DNA from: Candidatus Obscuribacteraceae bacterium
GTDB lineage: Bacteria > Cyanobacteriota > Vampirovibrionia > Obscuribacterales > Obscuribacteraceae
Direction: 5' to 3'
Assembly (NCBI GenBank): GCA_044226015.1
Contig: JBGAHS010000010.1
Location: 128,001-192,000, forward strand
Length of the DNA stretch: 64,000 nt
The notes under the pieces were generated by a model. It worked only from the letters and a program-made list of their open reading frames with translations. It was not told the origin of the DNA and searched no databases. This document shows positions 8,787 to 18,603 of the stretch, piece after piece. The stretch's first letter is position 1; each line of letters starts with the position of its first letter. The translations under genes and the position numbers were made by a program.

Positions 8787-11700
8787 ATGTCACGTCAGTG
8801 GATCTATTTAGGGCTGTCAGTTTCTGCCGCATGTGCGGTCATACTTCTCAGCTTAAGCTGCGCTAATTCAAACCAATTAGAAGTTCCAGTGGGGAAAAAC
8901 GATAAGATGAGAACTAATGAGAAACTAACATCAGCACTCGGTGGCGAGCAAAGATATCTCACTTTTGTAAGTACAGACAAACCAATCTATAAAATTGGCG
9001 AAAAGGTTTATGTGAAAGGTGTACTGTTGAGCGCAGGCAGTCACAAACCTCTCGATGATAAAACCACTGTTCGTCCGCACATTCAAATTCTTGGTCCAAA
9101 AGGAGATGTGATCGCATCCGGGGGAAGCTCGACAAATGAGAGCATTTGGTCCTTTGGCTGGGATGTTCCAGCAGGACAGGCTGGCGGTGAATATAAGGTT
9201 AAAGTAACTTATCCTTCTGAAGGTTATTGCCCTGCGGAAAGAAAATTCGATGTGCGCGCCTACAGGGCACCAAGGCTGAAATCCCAGATCACATTTATGA
9301 GAGATGGCTACGCTCCGGGAGATAAAGTCACAGCAACACTCGATGTTCATCGTGCCGAAGGTGGCGCGCCCGTAGGAGCTAATGTTTCAGTAAATGCGGT
9401 AGTTGACGGCATTTCGCTGAGTGGAACCTCGTCAAAAGTTGATCAGAATGGATTGGCTTCCATTAGTTTTGACCTTCCGAATAATATTCCGCGCGGCGAA
9501 GGAACTCTTGCGCTTGCCATCGAAGATGGTGGCGTGCTTGAAACAGCATCTAAGACTATTCCCATCCTGATGCAAACCGTTGATCTGCAAATTTTTCCCG
9601 AGGGCGGAGAGCTGGTTTCTGGTTTCAAAAACAGAGTGTACATTCAAGCTAAACAACCGAACGGTAAACCCGCAGATCTAGCTGGGAAAATAATCTGTGA
9701 AAGCGATAACTCTACAGCAGGTTCTTTTAAGACAGAGCACGAAGGACGAGGAAGGTTTGAGTTTAGTCCAGAGCGCGGTAAGAAATACTATTTGACCATA
9801 GATCAACCTTCGGGAATTAAGACGCGCTTCAAATTGCCTGAGGTAATAGCAAGCGGAGCTGTAATTAAAACGGATAAGGATGTCTACGATAAGGCAAGCC
9901 CAATCAAAGTTCACATCGGGTGCAGCGAGAAAGAATATCGGGTGAGCATCTCACAAAAGGAACATGAGCTTGCAGCACAAATAGTTGATAATTCTGTTTC
10001 GGGGAAATCGCAAGCGCTGTCATTTGATTTGCCCGAAAATATTGACGGCGTCTTGACGCTTACGGTTTGGAGCAAAGATGACAAACCACTAGCTGAAAGA
10101 CTTCTGTTCCGCCGTTCAGCTCATCCATTGAATATCACTTTGAAAACGGACATGGACCATTATGTTCCTGGTGATCAAGCTAAAGTTACGGTAAAAGCTA
10201 CTGACGATAAAGGCAAACCTGTTTCAGCAGTTGTAGGTTTGACTATTACAGATGATAGCGTTCTTGAAATGATTGAAAAACGTGAACAGGCGCCTCGTCT
10301 TCCAGTTATGGTATATCTGGAACCCGAAGTAGAAGACTTGGCTGATGCCCATGTTTACATGGACGAGACCAACCCAAATGCCGGAATGGCGACCGACCTC
10401 TTGTTAGGAACTCAGGGGTGGCGTCGGTTTGCCCTAAAAAACTTAAGTGAATTTGTTGCTAGCCATGGTGACAAAGCTAGAAGGGCTGTTGCCCTCAAAA
10501 TCGTTGTGCCCAGCGAGCAACAGGCTGCATGGCACGGTGGTGGCGTGGCTTTCGCTGTTCCACCAGGCGGAATTGCAGATATGAATGCTGTGCGGGCAAT
10601 GCCAGTACCAATGCCGTTAGCTGCTCCTGTGCCTGAAGCTGTGCCTAAATCTGCCGTGCTGGCGATAAAGGAAAATAAGCCAGTGGCAAAACAAGAAGTC
10701 GCAATGGATATGCCAGTTGGTGAATTGAAAAAAATTGCTCAAGCTAAAGATGCCTTCGCTGATGGTGATCAAGGGAAATTGCAAGATGCAATAATGGTCG
10801 CTGATAAGCGCGCTCGTAGAGCGGTTGGTGCTGGATTTGGAGTAGCATTTGACGAAATAGCCCCTGTTAGAAATGATTTTGTTTTTGTTCGTGAATATGC
10901 ACACCAAAACAGAGAAAATAGAGAAGCTAATGATCGCCGTGATTTTACCGAAACTGTTTACTGGAATGCCGGTGTAAAGACGGATGCCACCACAGGTGAG
11001 GCGACTGTTAGTTTTGCCTTGAATGACAGTGTGACGACTTTCAGAATGTTTGCTGACGGGTTTACTCAGGGTGGAGCCATTGGTTCAACTAGCGGTGGCA
11101 TTGAGTCTGTAAGACCATTCTATGCTGAGGCGAAGTTGCCCCTGGAAGTTACGGCGGGTGATCAGATTCTCCTTCCCATCAGTCTTGTTAATTCTGGCAC
11201 CAGTGATCTCACCGAGTTGGGTGTGGGCGTCAATTTGACTGGAGACTTCAAACTAATGGACCTGCAGAGAGTTTCCCAATCTCTCAAAGCCAACGAAAGA
11301 CAACGTTGGATTCAACCAATCAATGTAGGATTTGGAAATGGAAACAAAGAATTTGTTTTAGACACTAAGGCTGGCAAGTATTCCGACAAAGTGACCCGCA
11401 CTCTGCTGGTTAAGCCTAAAGGATTCCCAATAGAAGTGCCTTGCTCTGGTATTTTGGAGGCTGGCAAACCCGCCATTCACACCATCAAGATTCCGGCTGC
11501 GCTCGTGACAGATAGTATTGTTTGTAATACCGCAGTTTATCCTACACCGCTGGCTAATATGACAGAGGCGCTTCAACGTTTAATTCAAGATCCCTATGGT
11601 TGTTTTGAGCAGACCTCCTCAACAAGCTATCCACTGACCATGGCTCAACAATATTTCGTGTCGCATACTGGTGTAGATCCGAAATTAGTGCAAAGTTCTA

Positions 11701-13016
11701 AAGAGAAGTTAGACGCCGGATATAAGCGTCTAGTTAGTTTCTGGTGTCCAGATAAAGGTTACGAATGGTTTGGCGAGAATCCAGGACATGAGGCTCTAAC
11801 AGCTTTCGGTTTATTGCATTTTTCCGATATGTCACAAGTTCGCGATGTCGATAAGACCATGGTGTCTTCAACTCGTGAATGGTTGCTTAAGCAAAGAGAT
11901 GGCAAAGGTGGATTCAATCGCAAACGCCGCGCATTACATTCATGGATTGAGGACAAAGACTGTTCTGATGCTTATATCACCTGGGCGCTGCTTGAGACAG
12001 GTGTACCGCGTGGAGATCTTTCTGCAGAAATTGATCGCCTCAAAATAGCAGCAAAAGAAAGCAAGAATTCTTATGTAAAAGCACTTGCTGCGATTGCTTT
12101 CATCAAGGCTGGTGAAGCAAGCACTGCTGCGCCTCTTCTAGACGAGCTTGCAAAGAAACAGAAGCCAGATGGTAGCGTAGACAGTATTACTGCTTCCATC
12201 GTTGGGTCCGGCGGCGAGTCGCTAATCATTGAAGGAACTTCACTTGCTACCTTAGCCTGGATGTCCGACCCACGCTATACGGGCAACGTCGAGCGCAGCA
12301 TAAAATTCCTTGCTGATTCCTGTCAATCTGGAAGATATGGCTCAACTCAAGCCACGGTTCTTGCTCTACGCGCCATCGTTCAATACGATAAGAATAGAGC
12401 AAGACCAAAGGCAGATGGCAAAGTAAGGGTATTTGTAGATGGACATGCAGTTGGTGATTGGGTTGAATTCACCCCCACAACGCAAGGTGCAATTAAGCTC
12501 CCCGACATTAGTGAATTGTTGACGCCGGGTGAGCATAAATTGGAGTTGCGAATGGAAGGTGGAGGAGCCATGCCATATTCGATGTCCGTGAATTACAATA
12601 CAACTCTTCCAGTAAGCTCAGCAGATTGTAAGTTGGATATTGCTGTGAAACTTGCCGCAGACAAATTGCAAGAAGGCAGTGCGACTGTAGCAAATGTCGT
12701 TGTTCAAAATAAAACCGCTGAAGTTGTGCCCACACCTGTTGCCATTTTGGGGCTACCAGGTGGTCTTGAACCTCGGCATGACCAACTCAAAGAACTCGTG
12801 AAGAAGGGCACCATCGCAGCATATGAAGTTATAGGCAGAGAAGTCGTACTCTATTGGCGCGACATGCAGCCAAACGAGAAAGTTGAGGTGCCTGTCTCTC
12901 TGATTGCAGCGATTCCGGGTAAATACAAGGCTCCGGCAAGTCGAGCCTATCTGTATTACACCGACGAGAATAAGACGTGGGTAGACGGTCTAGAGGTTGA
13001 GATTGCTGCCAAGTAA
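8787..13016 (+). CDS. Alpha-2-macroglobulin family thioester protein
   Basis: TDKPIYKIGE (MG domain), FTETVYW, thioester PYGCFEQ, STQATVLAL, PGKYKAPASRAYLYY; GGAG RBS before ATG 8787. Confidence 0.92.
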   Translation: MSRQWIYLGLSVSAACAVILLSLSCANSNQLEVPVGKNDKMRTNEKLTSALGGEQRYLTFVSTDKPIYKIGEKVYVKGVLLSAGSHKPLDDKTTVRPHIQILGPKGDVIASGGSSTNESIWSFGWDVPAGQAGGEYKVKVTYPSEGYCPAERKFDVRAYRAPRLKSQITFMRDGYAPGDKVTATLDVHRAEGGAPVGANVSVNAVVDGISLSGTSSKVDQNGLASISFDLPNNIPRGEGTLALAIEDGGVLETASKTIPILMQTVDLQIFPEGGELVSGFKNRVYIQAKQPNGKPADLAGKIICESDNSTAGSFKTEHEGRGRFEFSPERGKKYYLTIDQPSGIKTRFKLPEVIASGAVIKTDKDVYDKASPIKVHIGCSEKEYRVSISQKEHELAAQIVDNSVSGKSQALSFDLPENIDGVLTLTVWSKDDKPLAERLLFRRSAHPLNITLKTDMDHYVPGDQAKVTVKATDDKGKPVSAVVGLTITDDSVLEMIEKREQAPRLPVMVYLEPEVEDLADAHVYMDETNPNAGMATDLLLGTQGWRRFALKNLSEFVASHGDKARRAVALKIVVPSEQQAAWHGGGVAFAVPPGGIADMNAVRAMPVPMPLAAPVPEAVPKSAVLAIKENKPVAKQEVAMDMPVGELKKIAQAKDAFADGDQGKLQDAIMVADKRARRAVGAGFGVAFDEIAPVRNDFVFVREYAHQNRENREANDRRDFTETVYWNAGVKTDATTGEATVSFALNDSVTTFRMFADGFTQGGAIGSTSGGIESVRPFYAEAKLPLEVTAGDQILLPISLVNSGTSDLTELGVGVNLTGDFKLMDLQRVSQSLKANERQRWIQPINVGFGNGNKEFVLDTKAGKYSDKVTRTLLVKPKGFPIEVPCSGILEAGKPAIHTIKIPAALVTDSIVCNTAVYPTPLANMTEALQRLIQDPYGCFEQTSSTSYPLTMAQQYFVSHTGVDPKLVQSSKEKLDAGYKRLVSFWCPDKGYEWFGENPGHEALTAFGLLHFSDMSQVRDVDKTMVSSTREWLLKQRDGKGGFNRKRRALHSWIEDKDCSDAYITWALLETGVPRGDLSAEIDRLKIAAKESKNSYVKALAAIAFIKAGEASTAAPLLDELAKKQKPDGSVDSITASIVGSGGESLIIEGTSLATLAWMSDPRYTGNVERSIKFLADSCQSGRYGSTQATVLALRAIVQYDKNRARPKADGKVRVFVDGHAVGDWVEFTPTTQGAIKLPDISELLTPGEHKLELRMEGGGAMPYSMSVNYNTTLPVSSADCKLDIAVKLAADKLQEGSATVANVVVQNKTAEVVPTPVAILGLPGGLEPRHDQLKELVKKGTIAAYEVIGREVVLYWRDMQPNEKVEVPVSLIAAIPGKYKAPASRAYLYYTDENKTWVDGLEVEIAAK

Positions 13017-13127
13017 TGCCCGCTGCCTTGAATTGTAGATTCAGAATTAAGACTTGCTTACAGCCCCGGGGCGCCTGCGGTATATGGGTTAGGCTAATGA
13101 CTGAAAAATAGTTTCAAGGAGCATCTC

Positions 13128-13988
13128 ATGCGTAACCCTGCAGTTCCCGAGTCGCTAGATAGTTGGTGGATTCTTCACCGCATGTTCGCATTTGATCGTC
13201 TTGCCTGGGACAAATTACAACAAGACGAACGCACGGGAATAATCAAAGAAGCTATCGCCGCCTTCGAAAAATTGAAGAACGGCGCTGAAACCGACCTCGG
13301 TTTAGCCCAGATGTTGGGACATAAAGCTGATTTGATGCTTACACACTACAGCAAGAATTACGAGGGACTTGCACACGCTCAAACGGTGCTCGATAAGCTT
13401 CATCTTTCTGAATTCCTGATTGCGACGACTTCATATGTTTCGATTTTGGAACTTGGACTGTATGATGCGACCGGCAAAATCCACGCCACTCTGGCAGAAC
13501 AAGGTTTGGCTCCTCATTCTGATGAATGGACGAAGGCTTTTGACGAGTGGCTCGCTGGACAGGAAAAGGTTCCTCATCATGCCGGACGCCTCTGGGCTCG
13601 CATACCTCAACGTCGTTATGTGTGCTTCTACCCAATGAACAAGAAGCGCGGCGAAGAAGTGAATTGGTACATGTTGCCATTCGGCGAACGCGCAAAATTG
13701 ATGCTTGATCATGGACGTATTGGACGTACCTTCAGCGGACTAGTCACCCAAGTTATTTCTGGTTCGATTGGCTACGATGAGTTTGAATGGGGCGTAGACC
13801 TCTACTCTGACGATCCGGTTGTATTCAAGAAACTTGTGTACGAAATGCGATTTGATGAAGCCAGCGCTAAATATGGCGAATTTGGCGACTTCTATTCTGG
13901 TGTTCAATTCTCAATCGACCAGTTGGCTACATACCTCGATGGAGATGCTGTTCCTGCTTTGAATACACTTCAGACATCGCATCGCTAG
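13128..13988 (+). CDS. hemQ: Coproheme decarboxylase (HemQ/ChdC), chlorite dismutase family
   Basis: GHKADLM, CFYPMNKKR, NWYMLP, HG..GR, VTQVISGS.G.D..EWGV, FKKLVYEMRFDE.SA.YGEFG. Confidence 0.88.
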   Translation: MRNPAVPESLDSWWILHRMFAFDRLAWDKLQQDERTGIIKEAIAAFEKLKNGAETDLGLAQMLGHKADLMLTHYSKNYEGLAHAQTVLDKLHLSEFLIATTSYVSILELGLYDATGKIHATLAEQGLAPHSDEWTKAFDEWLAGQEKVPHHAGRLWARIPQRRYVCFYPMNKKRGEEVNWYMLPFGERAKLMLDHGRIGRTFSGLVTQVISGSIGYDEFEWGVDLYSDDPVVFKKLVYEMRFDEASAKYGEFGDFYSGVQFSIDQLATYLDGDAVPALNTLQTSHR

Positions 13989-14018
13989 TAAGCTGAAATC
14001 GAGTTAAGTAAAAACGTG

Positions 14019-14045
14019 TGAGACGCGCTTAATTAGCGCGTCTCA
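14019..14045 (+). terminator. Hairpin downstream of hemQ, probable terminator
   Basis: tgagacgcgct-taatt-agcgcgtctca, 11-bp perfect stem; U-tail is weak. Confidence 0.55.
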
Positions 14046-14316
14046 TTAGTATTACCCGCAATTGATCCACAGATTGGAGAGTCATCGAAAAGCTGTGTCC
14101 TCAGCCTTCTATAGTCCTGACTTTTTACGACCGTAAGATTGGCAATTCGTACTGCACGTTTATACATATAGCTTTGAGTTTGACATTCCTAAAGTGAACT
14201 TGGGGAGCGTTTAGTTCTTTCTGCATTGCCGATTTTCAATAATCGCAAGCTGATGCTGAGACTAAGCGGATGGCGTGAACTAATTTACGTTGAGTGAAAG
14301 CTCAACAGGAGAAACC

Positions 14317-16986
14317 ATGGCTGAACTGGAAAAAGATTCAAACACGAAGAATGAAGCGCACTCAAAACCAAATTCCCACTTGGCTGCAGAAGCCATGGAA
14401 GACTACCAGATCGGTGATAAGACAGTTCGATTACCCGGTGGGTTTCAGAGGAATGAACCAAAAGAAGATCGCACATATTTTCCGGCGCCAGACCTGAACA
14501 AAAACCTTGTTCCGAAAGGAAGTCCTGATGCCACCACAGGTGCGGCGCCTCGTGGCACTCTAGACTCACTCAAGCATAACGTTGGTGAAACAATAGGTGA
14601 TATTCTTGGCTATTCTGTGCGCTGGAAGGCGCAGCTAGCAGACAAATTCACTCAAGATAAATCATGGGAAGAATTTGGCAAAGACCGTAGCTTCTTTGGA
14701 CGAGCTCTAGATCTTGCGCGTCCAGTTAATCGAAGAAATCAGATTGAAGATCATAACCTGCAATCTGCCTACCCGAAAAACGAACAAACAGGTCATGTGT
14801 CAAAAGACATGGCGTGCTCGGCCGCATCTGAGGTCTCAAGAAGTGTTGATGGTACATGCAATGATTTGAAAGACCCGGCAATGGGCGCAGCTGGAACACG
14901 CTTCCAGTACAATACTCGTCCTGACGATAAATACGCAATAAACGATCCACCATTGATGGATGCTGCAAAGCTGTTGGATCGAAAGGAATTTAAAGAGCTA
15001 CCAGTATTGAATCTTCTTGGTGTTGCCTCTCTGCAAGGCAATGTTCATGACTGGATGGATCATGGCAAACACCAGAATATGGCTGGTGGCATGCACACGA
15101 TTGAACTTCCTGATGATCATCCTATTCGACAAAAGTACGGTCAAACGGAAATGAAGATTCCGAAGCTTTTGATCGATTCGACCCGCACCGAAAGTGATGG
15201 CAAAGAACAGATTCGGCAGACTTATGAGAACACTGTCACTCACTGGTGGGACGCCTCTGAAATTTATGGCTCTGACGCAGAAACCGCATCAAGGCTTCGT
15301 GCTCATAAAGATGGCAAAATGCGTCTCACCGACGATGGATTGCTTCCTATAGGCCCGCAAGGAGTGCCAGACACAGGGTTTAACCAGAACTGGAATCCTC
15401 TTCTTGAAGTGGTGCATACGCTTTACGTTCGAGAGCATAATTCTGTTGCTGATATGCTCACGAAAGCATATCCACAAAAAGATTTTGAGCAATGGAAGGG
15501 CAAGTTGCCCGAAATACTCAAACCTATGTTCGGTGAAAAGCTGCCCGACAAGCTAAGCGATGAACAATACGATGAATTTATCTATAGTCGCGCTCGGCTC
15601 ATCACCGCCGCAGAAAAGGCGAAGATTCACACCGTTGATTGGACGCCAGTCGCTCTGAACAATCCAACAATGACTGAAGCTATGCGCGACAACTACGGGC
15701 AAGAGAAAGTCGGCTGGAGAGCAAACGTCAACGAACATGAAATTGGCGGTATCTGGGGCAACAAAACTCATCAAGCTGGTGTTCCCTATGCGATGGAAGA
15801 AGACTTTGTGCAGTCGTATCAGCAGATGCATGGGCTGGTTCCTGATCAGTTCAAACTTTATGACCACAACTCTGGCAAGCAAATTGCTGATATCCCCATG
15901 GGAGCAGCCTTGCAGGCAAACTCACGCAAAGTCATTGAAGCAGCTGGCTTTGATAATGTTCTCTATTCCATGGGAGTCGATAAGGCGGGTCAGATAACTG
16001 CTGGCAACCATCCGAATTTTATGCGCGATTTGAACGTTCGTGGCAATTATGTCGATATGGCCGCGGTTGATATTTTGCGCGGGCGTGAGAAACATCTGCC
16101 AAGGTACAACGAATACTTGCGGCAGATGCATGAAAAACCTGTTAGCAGTTTCGAAGAACTGGTTCCCAATAACGTTGAATTGCGCGAAGCTATTCGCAAA
16201 GTCTACAACAATGATATTGAGAAAGTTGATACCGTCATCGGTTCATTGGCTGAATGGCCGGATCGCACTCCCAAGACAATGGGATTCTCTGCTTCGACTT
16301 TCCTCGAGTTTATATTGATGGCGTCTCGCAGAGTCCAGGCTGACCGCTTCTACACTGAAGACTTTCGTCCCGAAATATATACTCCCGAGGGAATCGCCAG
16401 AATTCGTAATCTCAATGGTATGCGGGACGTAATCGAGCGCAACGCTCCAAATCTAAAAGAAGCTGTGAGCACCAGAGATAGTTCCTTCCACCCTCTCGGA
16501 AAGGATCCAATTCCGCTGAATAACTCAGGCATCGATATGTTGCCCACCAATGACCTGCAATCACAGCTTGCCGCTTTCGATGCAGATCGAAATGGTGAGC
16601 TGAGCTACGGAGAGTTAGCCGATGGATATAGAGCAATGGGCTATAACGCTGCGCACGCCTACTTGAAAGCTGCTGATGCTCGCTACCAATTCGGTAAGGT
16701 TATTGCTGATTTTAAGCCAACTACCGCAGGAATTTATAAAGCAGATGGCAGTATAGATCAGACTCGAATTGATTCGCTTTTCAAAGGGCGCGACTCTGTG
16801 TCTATTTCTGAGGCTGAGAATTTTGCTGGACTACGCTCAAATGGACCTGTGTCACAGGAATTTGCACTGAGCCAACTCGGTGTTCTAAAGTCCGCTGGGT
16901 CAAAATCAGTCACCAGAGACGCTTTCGTCAAGGCGATGAGAGGCGACATCTTGCGCCAGAAGATCGCAGAACAGAAAGCAAAATAG
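14317..16986 (+). CDS. Peroxidase-cyclooxygenase superfamily heme enzyme (alpha-dioxygenase-like) with C-terminal EF-hand/caleosin-like domain
   Basis: RSVDGTCND, HDWMDH, WWDASEIYG, REHN, AKIHTVDWT, VPY...F...Y..MH, DILRGRE..LPRYNE; EF loop DADRNGELSYGE; AGGAG RBS. Confidence 0.88.
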   Translation: MAELEKDSNTKNEAHSKPNSHLAAEAMEDYQIGDKTVRLPGGFQRNEPKEDRTYFPAPDLNKNLVPKGSPDATTGAAPRGTLDSLKHNVGETIGDILGYSVRWKAQLADKFTQDKSWEEFGKDRSFFGRALDLARPVNRRNQIEDHNLQSAYPKNEQTGHVSKDMACSAASEVSRSVDGTCNDLKDPAMGAAGTRFQYNTRPDDKYAINDPPLMDAAKLLDRKEFKELPVLNLLGVASLQGNVHDWMDHGKHQNMAGGMHTIELPDDHPIRQKYGQTEMKIPKLLIDSTRTESDGKEQIRQTYENTVTHWWDASEIYGSDAETASRLRAHKDGKMRLTDDGLLPIGPQGVPDTGFNQNWNPLLEVVHTLYVREHNSVADMLTKAYPQKDFEQWKGKLPEILKPMFGEKLPDKLSDEQYDEFIYSRARLITAAEKAKIHTVDWTPVALNNPTMTEAMRDNYGQEKVGWRANVNEHEIGGIWGNKTHQAGVPYAMEEDFVQSYQQMHGLVPDQFKLYDHNSGKQIADIPMGAALQANSRKVIEAAGFDNVLYSMGVDKAGQITAGNHPNFMRDLNVRGNYVDMAAVDILRGREKHLPRYNEYLRQMHEKPVSSFEELVPNNVELREAIRKVYNNDIEKVDTVIGSLAEWPDRTPKTMGFSASTFLEFILMASRRVQADRFYTEDFRPEIYTPEGIARIRNLNGMRDVIERNAPNLKEAVSTRDSSFHPLGKDPIPLNNSGIDMLPTNDLQSQLAAFDADRNGELSYGELADGYRAMGYNAAHAYLKAADARYQFGKVIADFKPTTAGIYKADGSIDQTRIDSLFKGRDSVSISEAENFAGLRSNGPVSQEFALSQLGVLKSAGSKSVTRDAFVKAMRGDILRQKIAEQKAK

Positions 16987-17004
16987 GTATGAAGTGGAAT
17001 CCGT

Positions 17005-17103
17005 ATGGGAACGCCGGCTTCCGGGCTGGGAGCAACTGCATCTCTATTTCGTACTAGCTAAGTTCATGAATCCAAAAGCCGCCCGGATTGCGGCGCTCAC
17101 AGG
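17005..17103. repeat. Inward-facing pair of REP-like palindromic elements
   Basis: atgggaacgccggcttccgggct and aagccgcccggattgcggcgctcacagg, related to elements at 62531-62637. Confidence 0.6.
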
Positions 17104-17141
17104 TGTAAGAGTCCCCTTATCCCAGGCAATATCTCACCCGC

Positions 17142-17175
17142 AAGAAGAGCACTTCTATGAGAGGTGCCCTTCTTT
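17142..17175. terminator. Probable bidirectional terminator between convergent genes
   Basis: aagaagagcac...gtgcccttctt imperfect stem. Confidence 0.45.
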
Positions 17176-17214
17176 GTTTCATTCAGTCATCGCTTTAAAC
17201 AAGCGCTAACTGAC

Positions 17215-18603
17215 TTATTTCATCGAGATCGATTGACTCGTTGAAGGTGATCTGTGCGCTGTGCTCTTTGCTCTTTCTGCAGCATTTATGCCAGCGAGAT
17301 ACTTCGCAAGATCTTTTATTTCTGCATCGTTAGCTGCCAGTGGTGGCATGATGTTGGAATAGTTGTTCTTTTGAGGGTCTCGCTCCTTGAGGATTTGGAG
17401 GAAGCTCACAATCGCCTGCTCATCACGCTCTCCTATCAGCTTCTTCATGCTGCGGTAGCCTTTTTCAGTATGACACGCCATGCACTGATATCGGAAAACA
17501 ATCTCACCGTTGTGCATTTGGTCTGTCGGAGTAGCAGCTGTTAGTGCAGTCGACCACTTACCTCTGTGAAGGAATCCCTCATCAGCTATCTGTGCGACTT
17601 CATCTTTATGGATTCCATTTGAGTATATGTAATTGTAGACCACGTATGGTTTACGCAACATCTCTCTCATCCACTCTGTTGTACCTGTTGCAGCAAAACC
17701 GCAGATCATGAAAAGCATCGCGATCTTAAAGGTGAAGCCCTTCGGATTCAAGAATGGTCCGAAAAATGCAAATAGAAGAATTGTTCCTGATAGCACAAGA
17801 CTTGTATAAAGCGCTCGTGCGAGAATCGAGAAGTTGCCGACTCCAGAATTCTGAATTCCAGTAAAAATGGTTTGCGCCACAGAATGCGGAATTTGTGTCA
17901 AAAACCAGATCATGCAGAGAGGTCCAAGCAGGAATACTGGAAGGAGCCATTTTGCGCAGTATCTGACCATGAATGTTCTGAATTTTGGTTCTTCGATTCT
18001 GGTGCAGGTAACAAGTGCGTACATTCCGGCAATCGCCAACATGATGAGAAGTCGAATGGCAAGCGACGGGAAGTATGTCGGGTTGAATACTCCATCAAAC
18101 CACCAGTGGCTTGTTAACCACTTGCCAGGCGTTAGCATGAATGTAAGAACGCCGTTGATGATTACCAGCGTAAACACCGAGAATATTGCATATAGTCGAG
18201 CTAGCAGCAAGTGTTGTTCGCGCGAAATGCGGTCCCAAGTGTAGTAGTACGCAAATGCTGTGGCGAGCTCAGCCACGAAGAATAGGTACTCTTCTGCCCA
18301 AGCTAACGTGAAACATTGAATCAATGAAGCAATGCCGTCGGGGCTGACAAGGCTGACGGAAAACCAGATGGCCACACCTGTTACTGCACCAGCCACGGTG
18401 GTCAGCAATACGAAGAAACGCGAGTGCGTTTTTAAGAAGTTGTAGATTCGTTCATCCTTCTTTTTGTAAGCAAGCTGCTCAGCAAATGCGAGATAGATGC
18501 CACCGCCCACCGCGAAATGGGAGATGAAGATGTGAATGATCGAAATGATACCAATTACCCAGGTACCGCCTAGATTTGGTACGACCCAGAGCGGATAGTT
18601 CAT
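17215..18603 (-). CDS. Cytochrome bd subunit I (CydA)-like protein fused to a C-terminal monoheme cytochrome c
   Basis: HIFISHFAVGGG, WAEEYLFFVAE, EWMREMLRKPYV (GW...E.GRQPW-like), CMACH...MPP; ATG 18603 overlaps the cytochrome b stop (ATGA). Confidence 0.85.
   Translation of the reverse strand: MNYPLWVVPNLGGTWVIGIISIIHIFISHFAVGGGIYLAFAEQLAYKKKDERIYNFLKTHSRFFVLLTTVAGAVTGVAIWFSVSLVSPDGIASLIQCFTLAWAEEYLFFVAELATAFAYYYTWDRISREQHLLLARLYAIFSVFTLVIINGVLTFMLTPGKWLTSHWWFDGVFNPTYFPSLAIRLLIMLAIAGMYALVTCTRIEEPKFRTFMVRYCAKWLLPVFLLGPLCMIWFLTQIPHSVAQTIFTGIQNSGVGNFSILARALYTSLVLSGTILLFAFFGPFLNPKGFTFKIAMLFMICGFAATGTTEWMREMLRKPYVVYNYIYSNGIHKDEVAQIADEGFLHRGKWSTALTAATPTDQMHNGEIVFRYQCMACHTEKGYRSMKKLIGERDEQAIVSFLQILKERDPQKNNYSNIMPPLAANDAEIKDLAKYLAGINAAERAKSTAHRSPSTSQSISMK

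Noticed and set aside
13128..13988. Chlorite dismutase
   Set aside because: The distal residue is Gln rather than Arg, and the YPM.K motif fits ChdC
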